Of a DNA stretch of 64,000 nucleotides, positions 48,865 to 58,490 are shown piece after piece. The stretch's first letter is position 1; every line of letters starts with the position of its first letter. The stretch is taken from IMG/VR virus record IMGVR_UViG_3300048883_000431, positions 48,230 through 112,229 of that record; one strand, given 5' to 3'. Position numbers and translations under genes: made by a program. A model generated the notes under the pieces. That model worked only from the letters and a program-made list of their open reading frames with translations. It was not told the origin of the DNA and ran no database searches. The DNA comes from a virus.

Positions 48865-48940
48865 TGGTGGAGGCGGGGGGAGTTGAACCCCCGTCCGCAG
48901 CGTGCTCGGATGCGTTGCTACGTCGAAACACGTCGCCCCC
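48865..48940 (-). ncRNA. mini-tmRNA: alanine tRNA-like domain only, no tag reading frame
   Basis: GGGGGCG/CGCCUCC acceptor stem with G3-U70, A73-CCA; stemless D-loop ending UUUCGA; 6-bp helix 2; GAC linker; GGGGG-UUCAACU-CCCCC T-arm; 76 nt, intergenic. Confidence 0.85.
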
Positions 48941-48954
48941 ACTATCGACGATAC

Positions 48955-49497
48955 CTACGCCGTCTGCCCACGTCGGCTTTCAGGTATCCTATCGAAATCG
49001 AAGTCCTCCGGGATGTCGGGCATCTGGTCGGGGTCTATCTGCTTCCCGAACAGCTCCGACATGCTCCGGGCCACGGGGTTCACGGGCCGTTCCTCCGTGG
49101 TCCCTGGCCCCACGTCCTCGCGGAGCGCGTCCCTGAAGGGAACGCCAAGATCGAACATGCTGATGTGCAACAGGGCGTCCATTTCACTACTCGGTGCCAC
49201 CCCGAGGTGGACGTCGTCGCAGTTGTCGCAGATCAACGCGGCGCGGATATGGTAGGTCACCATCGCACGCCCTGCGGCGTCGGGGAAGATGAGCGTGGCC
49301 TGCTCGTCCAGGGAGTCGAGCGACATCTCGTCCGCCTTGGCCAGATGTCCGTGGTAGTTCCCAACGGTCAGCTTGATCGGGACGCTCCCGATAAACCCGG
49401 CGAATCTGCACACCACGCTCACCTTGGTGTCTCCGTCCTTCACGGTCTCCATGAATGTGAGCAGGTCCCGGAACGTATACGTGCCCCTAGTAGTCAT
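48955..49497 (-). CDS. hypothetical protein (CxxC)
   Basis: Coupled to the VWA gene; ends 14 nt before the mini-tmRNA. Confidence 0.6.
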   Translation of the reverse strand: MTTRGTYTFRDLLTFMETVKDGDTKVSVVCRFAGFIGSVPIKLTVGNYHGHLAKADEMSLDSLDEQATLIFPDAAGRAMVTYHIRAALICDNCDDVHLGVAPSSEMDALLHISMFDLGVPFRDALREDVGPGTTEERPVNPVARSMSELFGKQIDPDQMPDIPEDFDFDRIPESRRGQTA

Positions 49498-50893
49498 CGT
49501 TGCCCCCTATCTCAATCCCGACTCCGCCGCTTTGTCGTGCGATGTTGACGAGCTCTTGGTTCGTCCCGAGGACGAAGGCGTGCATCGTAGTCCCCTTCAG
49601 ATCGTTCAACGTCAGACTCACTCCGTCCTGTCCGTCGGTCACCACGAGGAGCTCCGGCTTGGTGAGCTGGTCACCCGACCCCAGTATCTCCTCGACACGC
49701 GCCGTTGCCTGGCGTGCACAGTGGTCGATGGCTGTGCCGCCCCCACCGTAGTAGACGTCCTTCACGTCTGCCATGCACTTCACGGCGGACGCCTCGTCCC
49801 ACGCGTGGTATTCATCCTTCCAGCATGAGGCATCGAAGAACCTGACGTACACCACCGCGTCGCCGCGCTTGACGGCGCGTAGGCGGTTCATAACGATGCC
49901 GCCAGCCTGGTACGTCTTACGCCCCGACATGCTGCCCGACCCGTCCACAAGGATGTAGAGAAGCTGCCGCTTCACGACTGTCTTCACCTTCTCCCGTATC
50001 ATGGCCACGCGGCTTGCGATACGATAGGCCCGCAGCACCGGCGGGTACGTCCACTCACGCGGCGTGAGCTTGTTCACCTCGTCCCACGACTCGATGGGGC
50101 GCACGCGCACCTCCCGGCCGTCGGGGTCCGCCACCTGCTCGCGGCTCAGACTCGTCACCATGCTGGGAAGGCTGTCGATCTTCTTCGACATCCTCAGCCA
50201 CACCCAGTCCTCGGCGGTGAAGTTCGAGGCGATCTCCGCCTTGCTGCCCTTCGCTTCGCTTCCCACCTCCTTGCCGACGCCCGGTTCCAGGTCTTGGAGT
50301 TCCTCCATCGAGGTCTCGTTCACAAGGATGACGCGCTCGTTGATCTCGTCTGCCATGCCCTTCATGTTGATGGAGCTGAACAGCGGGTTCGCGGTCTCGT
50401 CTGCGCCGTGTGTGTCCGAATGTTCCGGCAGGTCCTTCTCCGACATAAGCCGGACGTAGTTCATAGCGCGTTCGAGCGGCGACTTGCCCTCGCACTCGGA
50501 GAAGTCGGCGGCGTTTACGAACTCCTGCGCGTTCGTGTGGTATTGGTTGAGGTGATCCTTCCAGGCGGTTTTGGACTCCGCTTCCGCCCTCCTCGACGCC
50601 GAGCCGGAGTCGGAGTCATAGTAGGCGTTATGGTACAGGCTCCGCCCGCCCGGCAGCGAGCGGTAGCGGCTGTCCTCTTCGCCGTGGACGACGCTGGAGA
50701 TCTCCACTGCCCGTTCCTCGCACGCTTCCTCTAGCGGGCCGGGACTCACGTAGGTCCCTCCCGCGTTGACGTTCACCAGGTCCTCGACAAGATCGGAGGA
50801 CCACGCCTTGAGCCCAAGCTCCGTAGCCTTCTGGCGCATCTCGAACATGTCAGGCCCCCTGTACCCGTGCGGGGGCCGTGTCCTAATCGTCAC
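49487..50893 (-). CDS. VWA-domain protein (ViaA/CoxE-like)
   Basis: MIDAS motif ILVDGSGSM, GGGT, VVTDG. Confidence 0.85.
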   Translation of the reverse strand: MTIRTRPPHGYRGPDMFEMRQKATELGLKAWSSDLVEDLVNVNAGGTYVSPGPLEEACEERAVEISSVVHGEEDSRYRSLPGGRSLYHNAYYDSDSGSASRRAEAESKTAWKDHLNQYHTNAQEFVNAADFSECEGKSPLERAMNYVRLMSEKDLPEHSDTHGADETANPLFSSINMKGMADEINERVILVNETSMEELQDLEPGVGKEVGSEAKGSKAEIASNFTAEDWVWLRMSKKIDSLPSMVTSLSREQVADPDGREVRVRPIESWDEVNKLTPREWTYPPVLRAYRIASRVAMIREKVKTVVKRQLLYILVDGSGSMSGRKTYQAGGIVMNRLRAVKRGDAVVYVRFFDASCWKDEYHAWDEASAVKCMADVKDVYYGGGGTAIDHCARQATARVEEILGSGDQLTKPELLVVTDGQDGVSLTLNDLKGTTMHAFVLGTNQELVNIARQSGGVGIEIGGNDDY

Positions 50894-50903
50894 GCGGGTG
50901 CTC

Positions 50904-52379
50904 CTATGCGAGTGACGTGGCCTTGGAGATGGCGCTCGTCTTGACGTTCGCCGCTGTCTCCTTGAGGGACTTCAACGAGTCCCACATTTGGTCGCTTGCC
51001 TGCACACTTTCGAGGGACACGATGACCCGTTCGAGCTCACGTGCCCATTGCAGGCACTCGACGGCCTTGTCGGTCTGTGTGACCTCACCGACGATGACCT
51101 TGAGCTCCTCCTCGATCTTGTCCAGCACAGCCTGGCACTTCGCGGACTCGCGCGCCTTCTCGGCTTCCGCCAGTATCGTGTCGCCCAGCGACTCCAGCCC
51201 GGCGACGAACCGTAACGCTGCCAGGTTATCGTTCGACTTGCCCTCGGCGTCCTCGATGGCCTTGAGGATTTCGTAGGCGTAGACCGCCGTTCGCGGGCTG
51301 ATGAACTGCCCGCCGTCTACCGCACGGGACACCAGGGATACCAGCATGTTCGCTGTCTCCCCCCGGAACCCAAGTACGTTGTAGAGCAAACGGTAGTCCT
51401 CCAGCGTGTAGCTGGCCCACTTCACTTCGAGTTGAAGCGGGAAGCGTTCAACGAGTGCGTGCGCCGACGCGCCCAGGTCGCTGATTTCCGACGGTGTGCG
51501 GTTAGTGATGGCGATGATGCACTTCGTAGCCATCGTGAATCGCTGCGCGCCGTTACGAAGCTCCCGCGCGGTCAGCGTGTCCTTGAGGGACAACAGGACC
51601 GACGGCGGCGCGTCGAACAGCTCCTCGAACACCGCGTACTTGGACGCCAAGAACGAGCGCTCCGGGTTGTATTCAAGCACCTTCTCGCTGTCCAGGCGCG
51701 CGAAGTCGAGGCCGCCGAACATCTTGGCCTCGTCCATCCCCTCGCCGAAGAACTGCACGAAGCACTCTTCCGGCGCGAACTTGTCCATCACTGCCTGGAC
51801 CATCACGCTCTTGCCGTGTCCGGCCGGGCCATACAGTAGGAGGTTGCGGCCGCTCGTCATCGCTGACGATACCGCGTCCGCTACGTCCTCACTGTGGATG
51901 AACCCCGCGCTCAGTTCCGATCTCACCGATGCCCGCATGGGGGCAGCTCCTGTCTTCTTGGTTGATGTAGGCGTTTTCTTCAGCACCACCTCTTTGGTGG
52001 GGCGTACCTGGTGTGCGTCGTCGCCCGCTCCGCTACGGAGTGCGAGTTCATCGACCGCCTCGATGTTAGTGCCAACGACTAGGTGAATGACGAGCTCCGA
52101 ACCGTCTGACACGTCCTTGAAGTCCCACCGTAGTCCGTCCGCCCAGTCGGCCTGCGCCCTGCAAATCATCTCCAAGGGGAGGCCGTCGGGGGTGTAGAGC
52201 GTAGCGCATACCTCACGCATCCCCGACACGTTGAGTTTGAAGGCGTAGCCGCCACCGTCCTCGACGTAGAACCTCCTGCACACCCACTCCGGTGGCGTTC
52301 CACCGTGGTGCAGCCAGTTCTTCGTCTCCGCGAAGTGACCGTCGGCTAGTGCGAGGACATGATGTCCCGAGAATTTCAC
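50904..52379 (-). CDS. MoxR/RavA-like AAA+ ATPase with N-terminal extension
   Basis: GPAGHGKS, AVFEELF, ITN, ALVERF, ISPR; adjacent VWA partner. Confidence 0.85.
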   Translation of the reverse strand: MKFSGHHVLALADGHFAETKNWLHHGGTPPEWVCRRFYVEDGGGYAFKLNVSGMREVCATLYTPDGLPLEMICRAQADWADGLRWDFKDVSDGSELVIHLVVGTNIEAVDELALRSGAGDDAHQVRPTKEVVLKKTPTSTKKTGAAPMRASVRSELSAGFIHSEDVADAVSSAMTSGRNLLLYGPAGHGKSVMVQAVMDKFAPEECFVQFFGEGMDEAKMFGGLDFARLDSEKVLEYNPERSFLASKYAVFEELFDAPPSVLLSLKDTLTARELRNGAQRFTMATKCIIAITNRTPSEISDLGASAHALVERFPLQLEVKWASYTLEDYRLLYNVLGFRGETANMLVSLVSRAVDGGQFISPRTAVYAYEILKAIEDAEGKSNDNLAALRFVAGLESLGDTILAEAEKARESAKCQAVLDKIEEELKVIVGEVTQTDKAVECLQWARELERVIVSLESVQASDQMWDSLKSLKETAANVKTSAISKATSLA

Positions 52380-52992
52380 CGGAGTTGCCTTTCACGTTTA
52401 ATACGTTGGCCGCGTGTGAATATGATACCACATCCCTCGGTGCGTGTCAAGTTTAAATTCGAGGTTCTGCTGCCCACACACCGTATAGGGCGGGGTCGCC
52501 CTCGTGTGCTCCGAAGAAGAAGTTGCCTGGAAGCTCGTCGTTGATCGCGTCCGTGAGCTCCTCGATGGTGTACCCGCCGCTCTCGCGCAGGTCGGTGTAG
52601 TCGACGCGCTCGGTGTTCCCTTCCTCAATCGCCACGAAGACCTCCCAGTTCGTGTCCTCTACGGCATTGGCCCGCTTGGCATTGAGGGCACGCAGTGTGC
52701 CCTCGAACGCCGCGATGAGATCGGACTGCTTCAGCGTGTCCTGACTCACGATCCGTTCCATCTCCCAATTCCTCCTAGAAGGTCGTCCCCTTTGCTCGGG
52801 TGGTAGGGCAACCCATCCCCGCTCAATCAGTATGTCGGTGACGCCTGCATACCAGCCGTCACGCCACTGCTCCTGCGGGGTGCTGTCCTCCCCGGCCACG
52901 TCGGGCATCAGCCCCATCGCCGTGGCCGGAAGCTCCCCGAGGCGGACTGACATCAGCCCGCTACGGAGTGCGAGTTCATCGACCGCCTCGAT
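52030..52992. repeat. 35-bp perfect direct repeat (52030-52064 and 52958-52992)
   Basis: CCGCTACGGAGTGCGAGTTCATCGACCGCCTCGAT occurs twice, coding IEAVDELALRSG in two different genes. Confidence 0.9.
52422..52450 (-). promoter_or_regulatory. sigma70 promoter for the MoxR-VWA-mini-tmRNA unit
   Basis: AAAC-TTGACA-N17-TATCAT-AT. Confidence 0.8.
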
Positions 52993-53049
52993 CATCTCGA
53001 CCATCCACAGTTGTCCGGCCTCGTGGCCCTCCCACTTGTGCTCCGGCAT
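52453..53049 (-). CDS. phage hypothetical protein
   Basis: C-terminal FFGAHEGD.A.YG.W pattern recalled from phage early proteins. Confidence 0.6.
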   Translation of the reverse strand: MPEHKWEGHEAGQLWMVEMIEAVDELALRSGLMSVRLGELPATAMGLMPDVAGEDSTPQEQWRDGWYAGVTDILIERGWVALPPEQRGRPSRRNWEMERIVSQDTLKQSDLIAAFEGTLRALNAKRANAVEDTNWEVFVAIEEGNTERVDYTDLRESGGYTIEELTDAINDELPGNFFFGAHEGDPALYGVWAAEPRI

Positions 53050-53149
53050 GTCCCGCTACCTTCCCCGTTGCGGTTTGGGCCTCCACGGGTTTAGCCCGCT
53101 TCTGACCATAAGAGGGCGGCTCGACCCGCCGCCCTGGAGGGTAACTCGT

Positions 53150-56100
53150 TTACTTGCCGTGGAACGTCGCTGCGTGCGTGCATCCGGGGTTCTCGTTCTC
53201 CACTACACGGGTGACGCCTGCCAGTCCGACCGCATCGACCAGCGCGTCCTGCAGGAGGTCGAGGGCGTATGAAACGTCGTCGCTGATGGCCACCTGATGC
53301 AGCACGCGGTCACGCGGTTCCTCGTCGGTGAACGGCTCAACCTCCAGCTCCACCAGCACGTCAAGGTGGACTGACGTTATTGGGCTGTGCACGCGCTCGT
53401 TGGTCTTGGGCGCAGTCGTCACCTTGCCCCTGGGAGCCCGTTTGTTCGTGCGCGCGGTCGTCTTTGTCTCGTTCATGGCAATGGACCTCTCGGTTTATAT
53501 CGTGCCGCCCACAGGACGGCGAACAGAACGGAGCCCACAACTGCGGTAATAGTAATGACAAACACATCGAGTCCCTCGATACACGAATTGCCGCTCATCG
53601 TCTACCCCCTCAGTATCTTGAGTGCGGCAGCCTTGAACGCAGCTACGAACTCCGTGCGGCCGTTTTCCACCCGAATCCCTCGATGGGTCGCCGCACGACG
53701 CGCCTCCCTACTGAGCCGAACGGTTGCGTCGTCGGGGTGGCTACTGGCCCATAGGGCTCCCGCCTGCCCGCCTTGTACCTTCCGTATCTCGTGCCATCCG
53801 TCCTGCGATTCGGTCGAGATCGGCATGTCAAGCCGCCTTTCGTGGTTATTATATGGTACCCCGTATCTGCGCCCGTGTCGCAGTTTCTTCAGGCGCGTTC
53901 GAGGCCCGCATCCAGTGGTGCCGCGCGCCGACGCTCGATCAGGTAAATCTCGTCGTCCGTGAGCTCCATGAGGGACCTGCGGGCAGGGTCTGGCAAGGGC
54001 TTGTGCGGACGGTCCTCGTCGATGGCGTCGCGTAGCTCCTGGATGTCCTTCCTGAGCTCGTCATACCCTAGCTCGTCATACCCTCCCTTGTTCACCCACG
54101 ACAGGAGCTCCTGGATGTCCTTAGCGTGCTCACTGACCGTGTCGCCCAGCTCGATGTAGTCCCTCTCCAGCTCGTTGAGGTCCGTCGCGGTCGCGCCCTC
54201 GGCCTCCATGTCGTCCATGCGCTCGTTGATGGCCTGGATGGCCGACCGGAACGACGCACAGTCGGACCTGACGTCGTTGAGTCCCACGTCGATCTCGGCT
54301 CGGCTAGCCGCGATCTTGGCCGCTAGCCCGGCCCTGGCGGTGGTGGCACCCATGGCCAGCTCCGTGAGGGCCGCCGTCTGGCTCACCACGGCCTCGCGTA
54401 GGCTAGCGTGGTTGGCAGCGTTCGTGGACACACGCGCTGCGGTGCGCTCCTTGCGCGTCATAGCCCTGACTCCTTTTCGTTTGCCCATTGGTAGGCTCCT
54501 TTCAGCTCAAAAGCCCTGACGGGTTTCCCCGCCAGGGCGCGTACATGATGCTCAGATGTAACCGCTACATGTGGTATCTCCGGTCTTGCGTTCCGTCTGT
54601 CGAGTGGATGGTCGGGGCTACGGTGGCACATCCTTCCACGTCAGCATCTACTCTGCCTCCGTGTCGGTGTAGATGTAGACGGTCGAGTGCGTACGGGAGC
54701 TGTGCATTCCTGTCTCGTCGTCAACCGCGTCTACGTTGATTCCCCGCCGCTCAATGAACCGACGGTCGGCCTCAACCTGCAGTTCCAGCGCCATGTCTAC
54801 GGCCTGCCCCGCCGTGCAGTTTGAGTAGGATTGCACCACGGCTGCCCTGTCGGCAATCGTCGTCGGGCTAGTCCTCAGTCGCATCTTCGTTCTCCTTGTA
54901 CCGTAGCACGAGGAACCTGTGTGAGGCGTTTATGAACGCTGTCAGCCACGACTGATCGTAGATTGACAAGAACCCTGCGATTACCGCAGGCTTGGGCATC
55001 CCAGGCGGCAGTTCCTTGGTCGGAATCTGCGCCTCCAGCACCTGCCTCTGCGCCGCCCTGCAGGTCTCCCGCATCGTTTCAATGGTGGTCAGATCAAGCT
55101 CGTCTCCGGGGTTATAGACCCGCTTGACGCTCTCAGCTGCCCCTTGCGCGTCGCTTTTGGCGCTCAGGCCCACCTGACCCGTGAGGCTCCCGACGTTCAT
55201 CGCCCGTCCCTCCTCCTGCTTTTGCCCTTGCGCAGCCGCTTGGATGTGCTGACGGTCAGCGACACCAGTCCAAGGACCACGAAAACCACTGCACCGCCCG
55301 CCATCACTAGAAGCTGCCCCATTATACTGCCTTCCTTATGATCTCGGATGTTTGGGCGATGCTCAACGCCATACGTCTGCCGCTGCATCTGATAACGTGT
55401 CGGAGGTTGCGCGCGTGGAACTCATACCTCTCGCTTGTGCGGGTGTTGTACCCTACGAACTTGTCGATGAACTCGCACTCCGTGAGGACGAAGTGTGCCT
55501 TGCCTGGGTGTTCGAGGAGGACTACGACGTCCCCCTCGAAGAACTCGCTTGGGTGTGTCAGGGGGTCCATGTCAGTTGGCATGTTCGCTCCTTTCAGCCC
55601 AAAAGCCCGCTGGCACTTCCACCAGCGGGCGTTGCATTGGGCTCTCGTACGATTAGGCTAGCTCGACGGTGTACTCCGTGTCGAGCATCTCGATGTCGCC
55701 GCTGCACCCCATACTGTCCCACTCGACGGCGCAGTCCTGCCCGGTCACCAGGTCAAGCGCCTCGTCCTCGTTCGCCGCGTCGACCTCGGTGATGTAGTTT
55801 CGGTACTCAGGCACGACGCTGCGTATCATGTAGCGTGGCATCAGTAATCGTCTCCCCATGACTCGCCCGCGTCCGCTTCGCTGAACCAGCTTGGCGCGCT
55901 GTGGGACATCTGCGGGACCGGCGGCCTCCCGCGTCCGTTGTTCCCGAGGCCTGGATACGTCACCTCGAACTCGTCGTAGGGTCCGAGCCACGAGTAGCTC
56001 GTCTCCCCTTCCAACACGCTCCCGCGTGGGTGGGTGGAGACGCCGTAGAGCGCCTCCTCGTAGTTGCTGTCCGCCCACACCTCGACCGAATCGTAGTCGT

Positions 56101-58209
56101 TCCCTCGAACTGTGACCTTAGCCATTGCGGTTCATCTCCACGTCTGCGAACACTAGTGCATCGACCATCTCCGCCATCCGTATCACGGCCGTAGCTACGT
56201 CCTCCGCTCCCTGTGCTGACTCCATGATCCCGTCGACGCCTAGCACGTCGGGGTGGTTTATCAAAACCTGGAACGACTCTCGAAGCGTCAGCTTGGGCAT
56301 CCCGTATTTGTTCACTCGTAGCTCCCAGGGTTTGCGACCCATCTCCGCTCGATCATGTTGTCGAGTGCGCCGTGGAAGAACTCGTTCCTCCACAGCGCGA
56401 AGTCTGCGAACGAGCCGGTCGACTGATGCCGCGCCGCCTCGCTCTTCGCCACCACGACGAGGTGGGCGAGGTCGATGACCCCTGCCGGGACCATCTCGTC
56501 GACCCACTCCCACCCCAAGTCGTACCCCTCAGACAGCATTGGGCACGCCCCTCGTCAGAGTGAACGTCACGGTCTGGTCCAGGTCCAGACCAGCCAACGC
56601 TCCCGACACGAAGCCGTCTCGCCAGCAGCACCGGTGCTCGATGCCCAGGCCCTCCGGTCGTAGCTCCTCCTGCGTCGTCCTGAGCTTGCTGACCGGCATT
56701 GACATGAGGCCAGCGAGCCGCTGCGCCTTGCCCCACTCCAGCCCCGAGATGAATCCGTCGCGCCTTACGTTCTCCACGCGCGTTCCCTCCGCCTTGCTGC
56801 CCGCCATAGCCAGATCATGGTGTCCCTCCAGTTGGTGGTTCTCGGTTCTAGCACGAAAGCCCGCCAGCCGAAGCTGACGGGCGAGGGTAACGTGTTCGCT
56901 GTATTAGGCCATTTCGAGCGCTACTTCACGCCCCAAGCGCCAGGCCATGACGTAGGCGCTCTCTTGGTCCTCGTCGCTCTCGTCGAGCCCCACCCTGTTC
57001 GCGAGGAACAACCAGGACATCCGTGAGCGTTCCCCCAGCGGGCGTGCATCCAGCACCTTCGACTTGCGCAGTGCGCTCAACTCACCGGCCTCGAAGCCGA
57101 TCTCCGCCGCGCGTCGCTCCGCCTTGGTCAGCGGTCCCATCCGATCCTCGATGTCGCAGAAGGTTTTGGGCATTAGCTCCCTGCCTTAGTTACGCCTGCC
57201 TCGAACGCGGCGCTGTAGACGTCTCGTAGGGTTGCGTGTTGTCCTCGTATAGCGGGCTCGTCCGCCCACCCGTCGAGGTAGTTGCGCCAGTATGTGGCGA
57301 CCGTCCTGCCGGGCCACCGTGTTCCAGCCAGGCTTCCCGACCAGTAGCCAGCGTCCGCTACCCACTGCGGGGCGGCGTTCACCGCGTCCGAGTAGGTGCC
57401 GCCTAGGTAGGCGCGGACGGCTGCGTCCTCTACGAGTCTAACTGTATCGTGGGGCATGTCATCAATCTAGTTACACGAGCTACGTGATGTGCTCATGTCG
57501 GTCAGCACAAAGGGCCGCTGGCATTACACCAGCGGCCTTGCGCGCGTATAGGATAAAGGAGTCTAATCGAAGATGGCCAGCGCTCGTTGGGCGTCTTCCA
57601 GTTCTGCCATCGCCACCGCTGAGTAGGCGGGCTTGGCGGCGTTCTCCGCCTTGACCACCTCCTCGGTCAGTCGCGTGATCTCGTAGCGCAGCGCTCGTCG
57701 GGTGACGAACGCCTCGTGCTGGGTCATATCCCGGTTCAGGGTATTCACGTTGCTCACTCCCGCGATTAGGTGACGTTCTCGTAGCGCTCTTTGAGGTAGT
57801 CCACGTTTGCGCTGACCATGCGTATCAGTCGGCCCCAGGAGGACTTGTGCTGCGTGATATATCGCTCCACGCCCTCTAGTCGCTCGATGACGGGTAGCAG
57901 CTCCAGTGCATTAGTCGTGCGCTGTCGCCGTGCACCCTCTTCCCAGGCATCCCGGATGAGCTGGTTCACCTCGTCTACTGTGTGTTCGCTGCGAGCCATG
58001 ATATGGCCCCTTTCAGCGCAAAGGGCCGCTGGCGTTATACCAGCGGCCTCCGTTACTCGCTCCCTTGATTAGCTGCGTATGATGAGCAGCATGATAGCGT
58101 CCTCGATACGCTCGAACCGGTCGATAGCAGCCGCTGTGATTAGACGGCCACACTCACGCGCCAGGTGATCCCTGTGCGCAATCGCGGCTAGGATAGCCTC
58201 AATTCGCAT
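53150..58209 (-). other. cluster of about 18 small early/host-takeover-type ORFs
   Basis: Short minus-strand ORFs with RBSs (e.g. 53150-53476, 53889-54488, 54868-55200, 55322-55582, 55841-56125, 56529-56807, 56904-57173, 57173-57457, 57766-57999). Confidence 0.55.
54496..58048 (-). repeat. five related intergenic hairpin + U-tract + GCUGA elements (family B)
   Basis: At 54496-54538, 55588-55630, 56848-56882, 57502-57537 and 58007-58048. Confidence 0.75.
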
Positions 58210-58490
58210 AACACACTCCCATGATATAGCCCCACACAGAGCCCGTTGCTCTCTCCGCAGGTACAGTACACTGTACTGTAACCTTGGGCGGAATTATGGT
58301 GGGGAGACAGGTGGGATTTCAAAACAGATTTAGCCCACCAGTCGCCTTAGATATCTGGGGACAATCCCCCAGGTAGGGTGTTTCTCTCACAGCATAACGC
58401 TGTGCCCTAATGACACCAGTACCTCATCAGATTAGGATGCAGAGGAGGCCCGTTGGCCTCCCCTACGATATGCTACAGTATCCGTACCCG

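Noticed and set aside
48865-48940. Canonical tRNA-Ala, or a simple tmRNA attP fragment
   Set aside because: No D-stem and no 7-nt anticodon loop; both the 5' and 3' tmRNA ends are present and paired, whereas attP sites usually carry one end; no integrase is in the window
48955-49497. SmpB homologue next to the mini-tmRNA
   Set aside because: No SmpB motifs or basic C-terminal tail are visible and the protein is acidic
53848-53881. Additional minus-strand promoter
   Set aside because: -10-like TACCAT/TATAAT is present but the -35 (GCGACA) is poor
54034-54122. Short duplications (GYDEL x2, KDIQEL x2)
   Set aside because: In-frame slippage within a coiled-coil ORF; no sign of a separate element
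58375-58440. Canonical hammerhead ribozyme
   Set aside because: Core strands are not in type I, II or III order and stem II cannot form; kept only as a low-confidence finding
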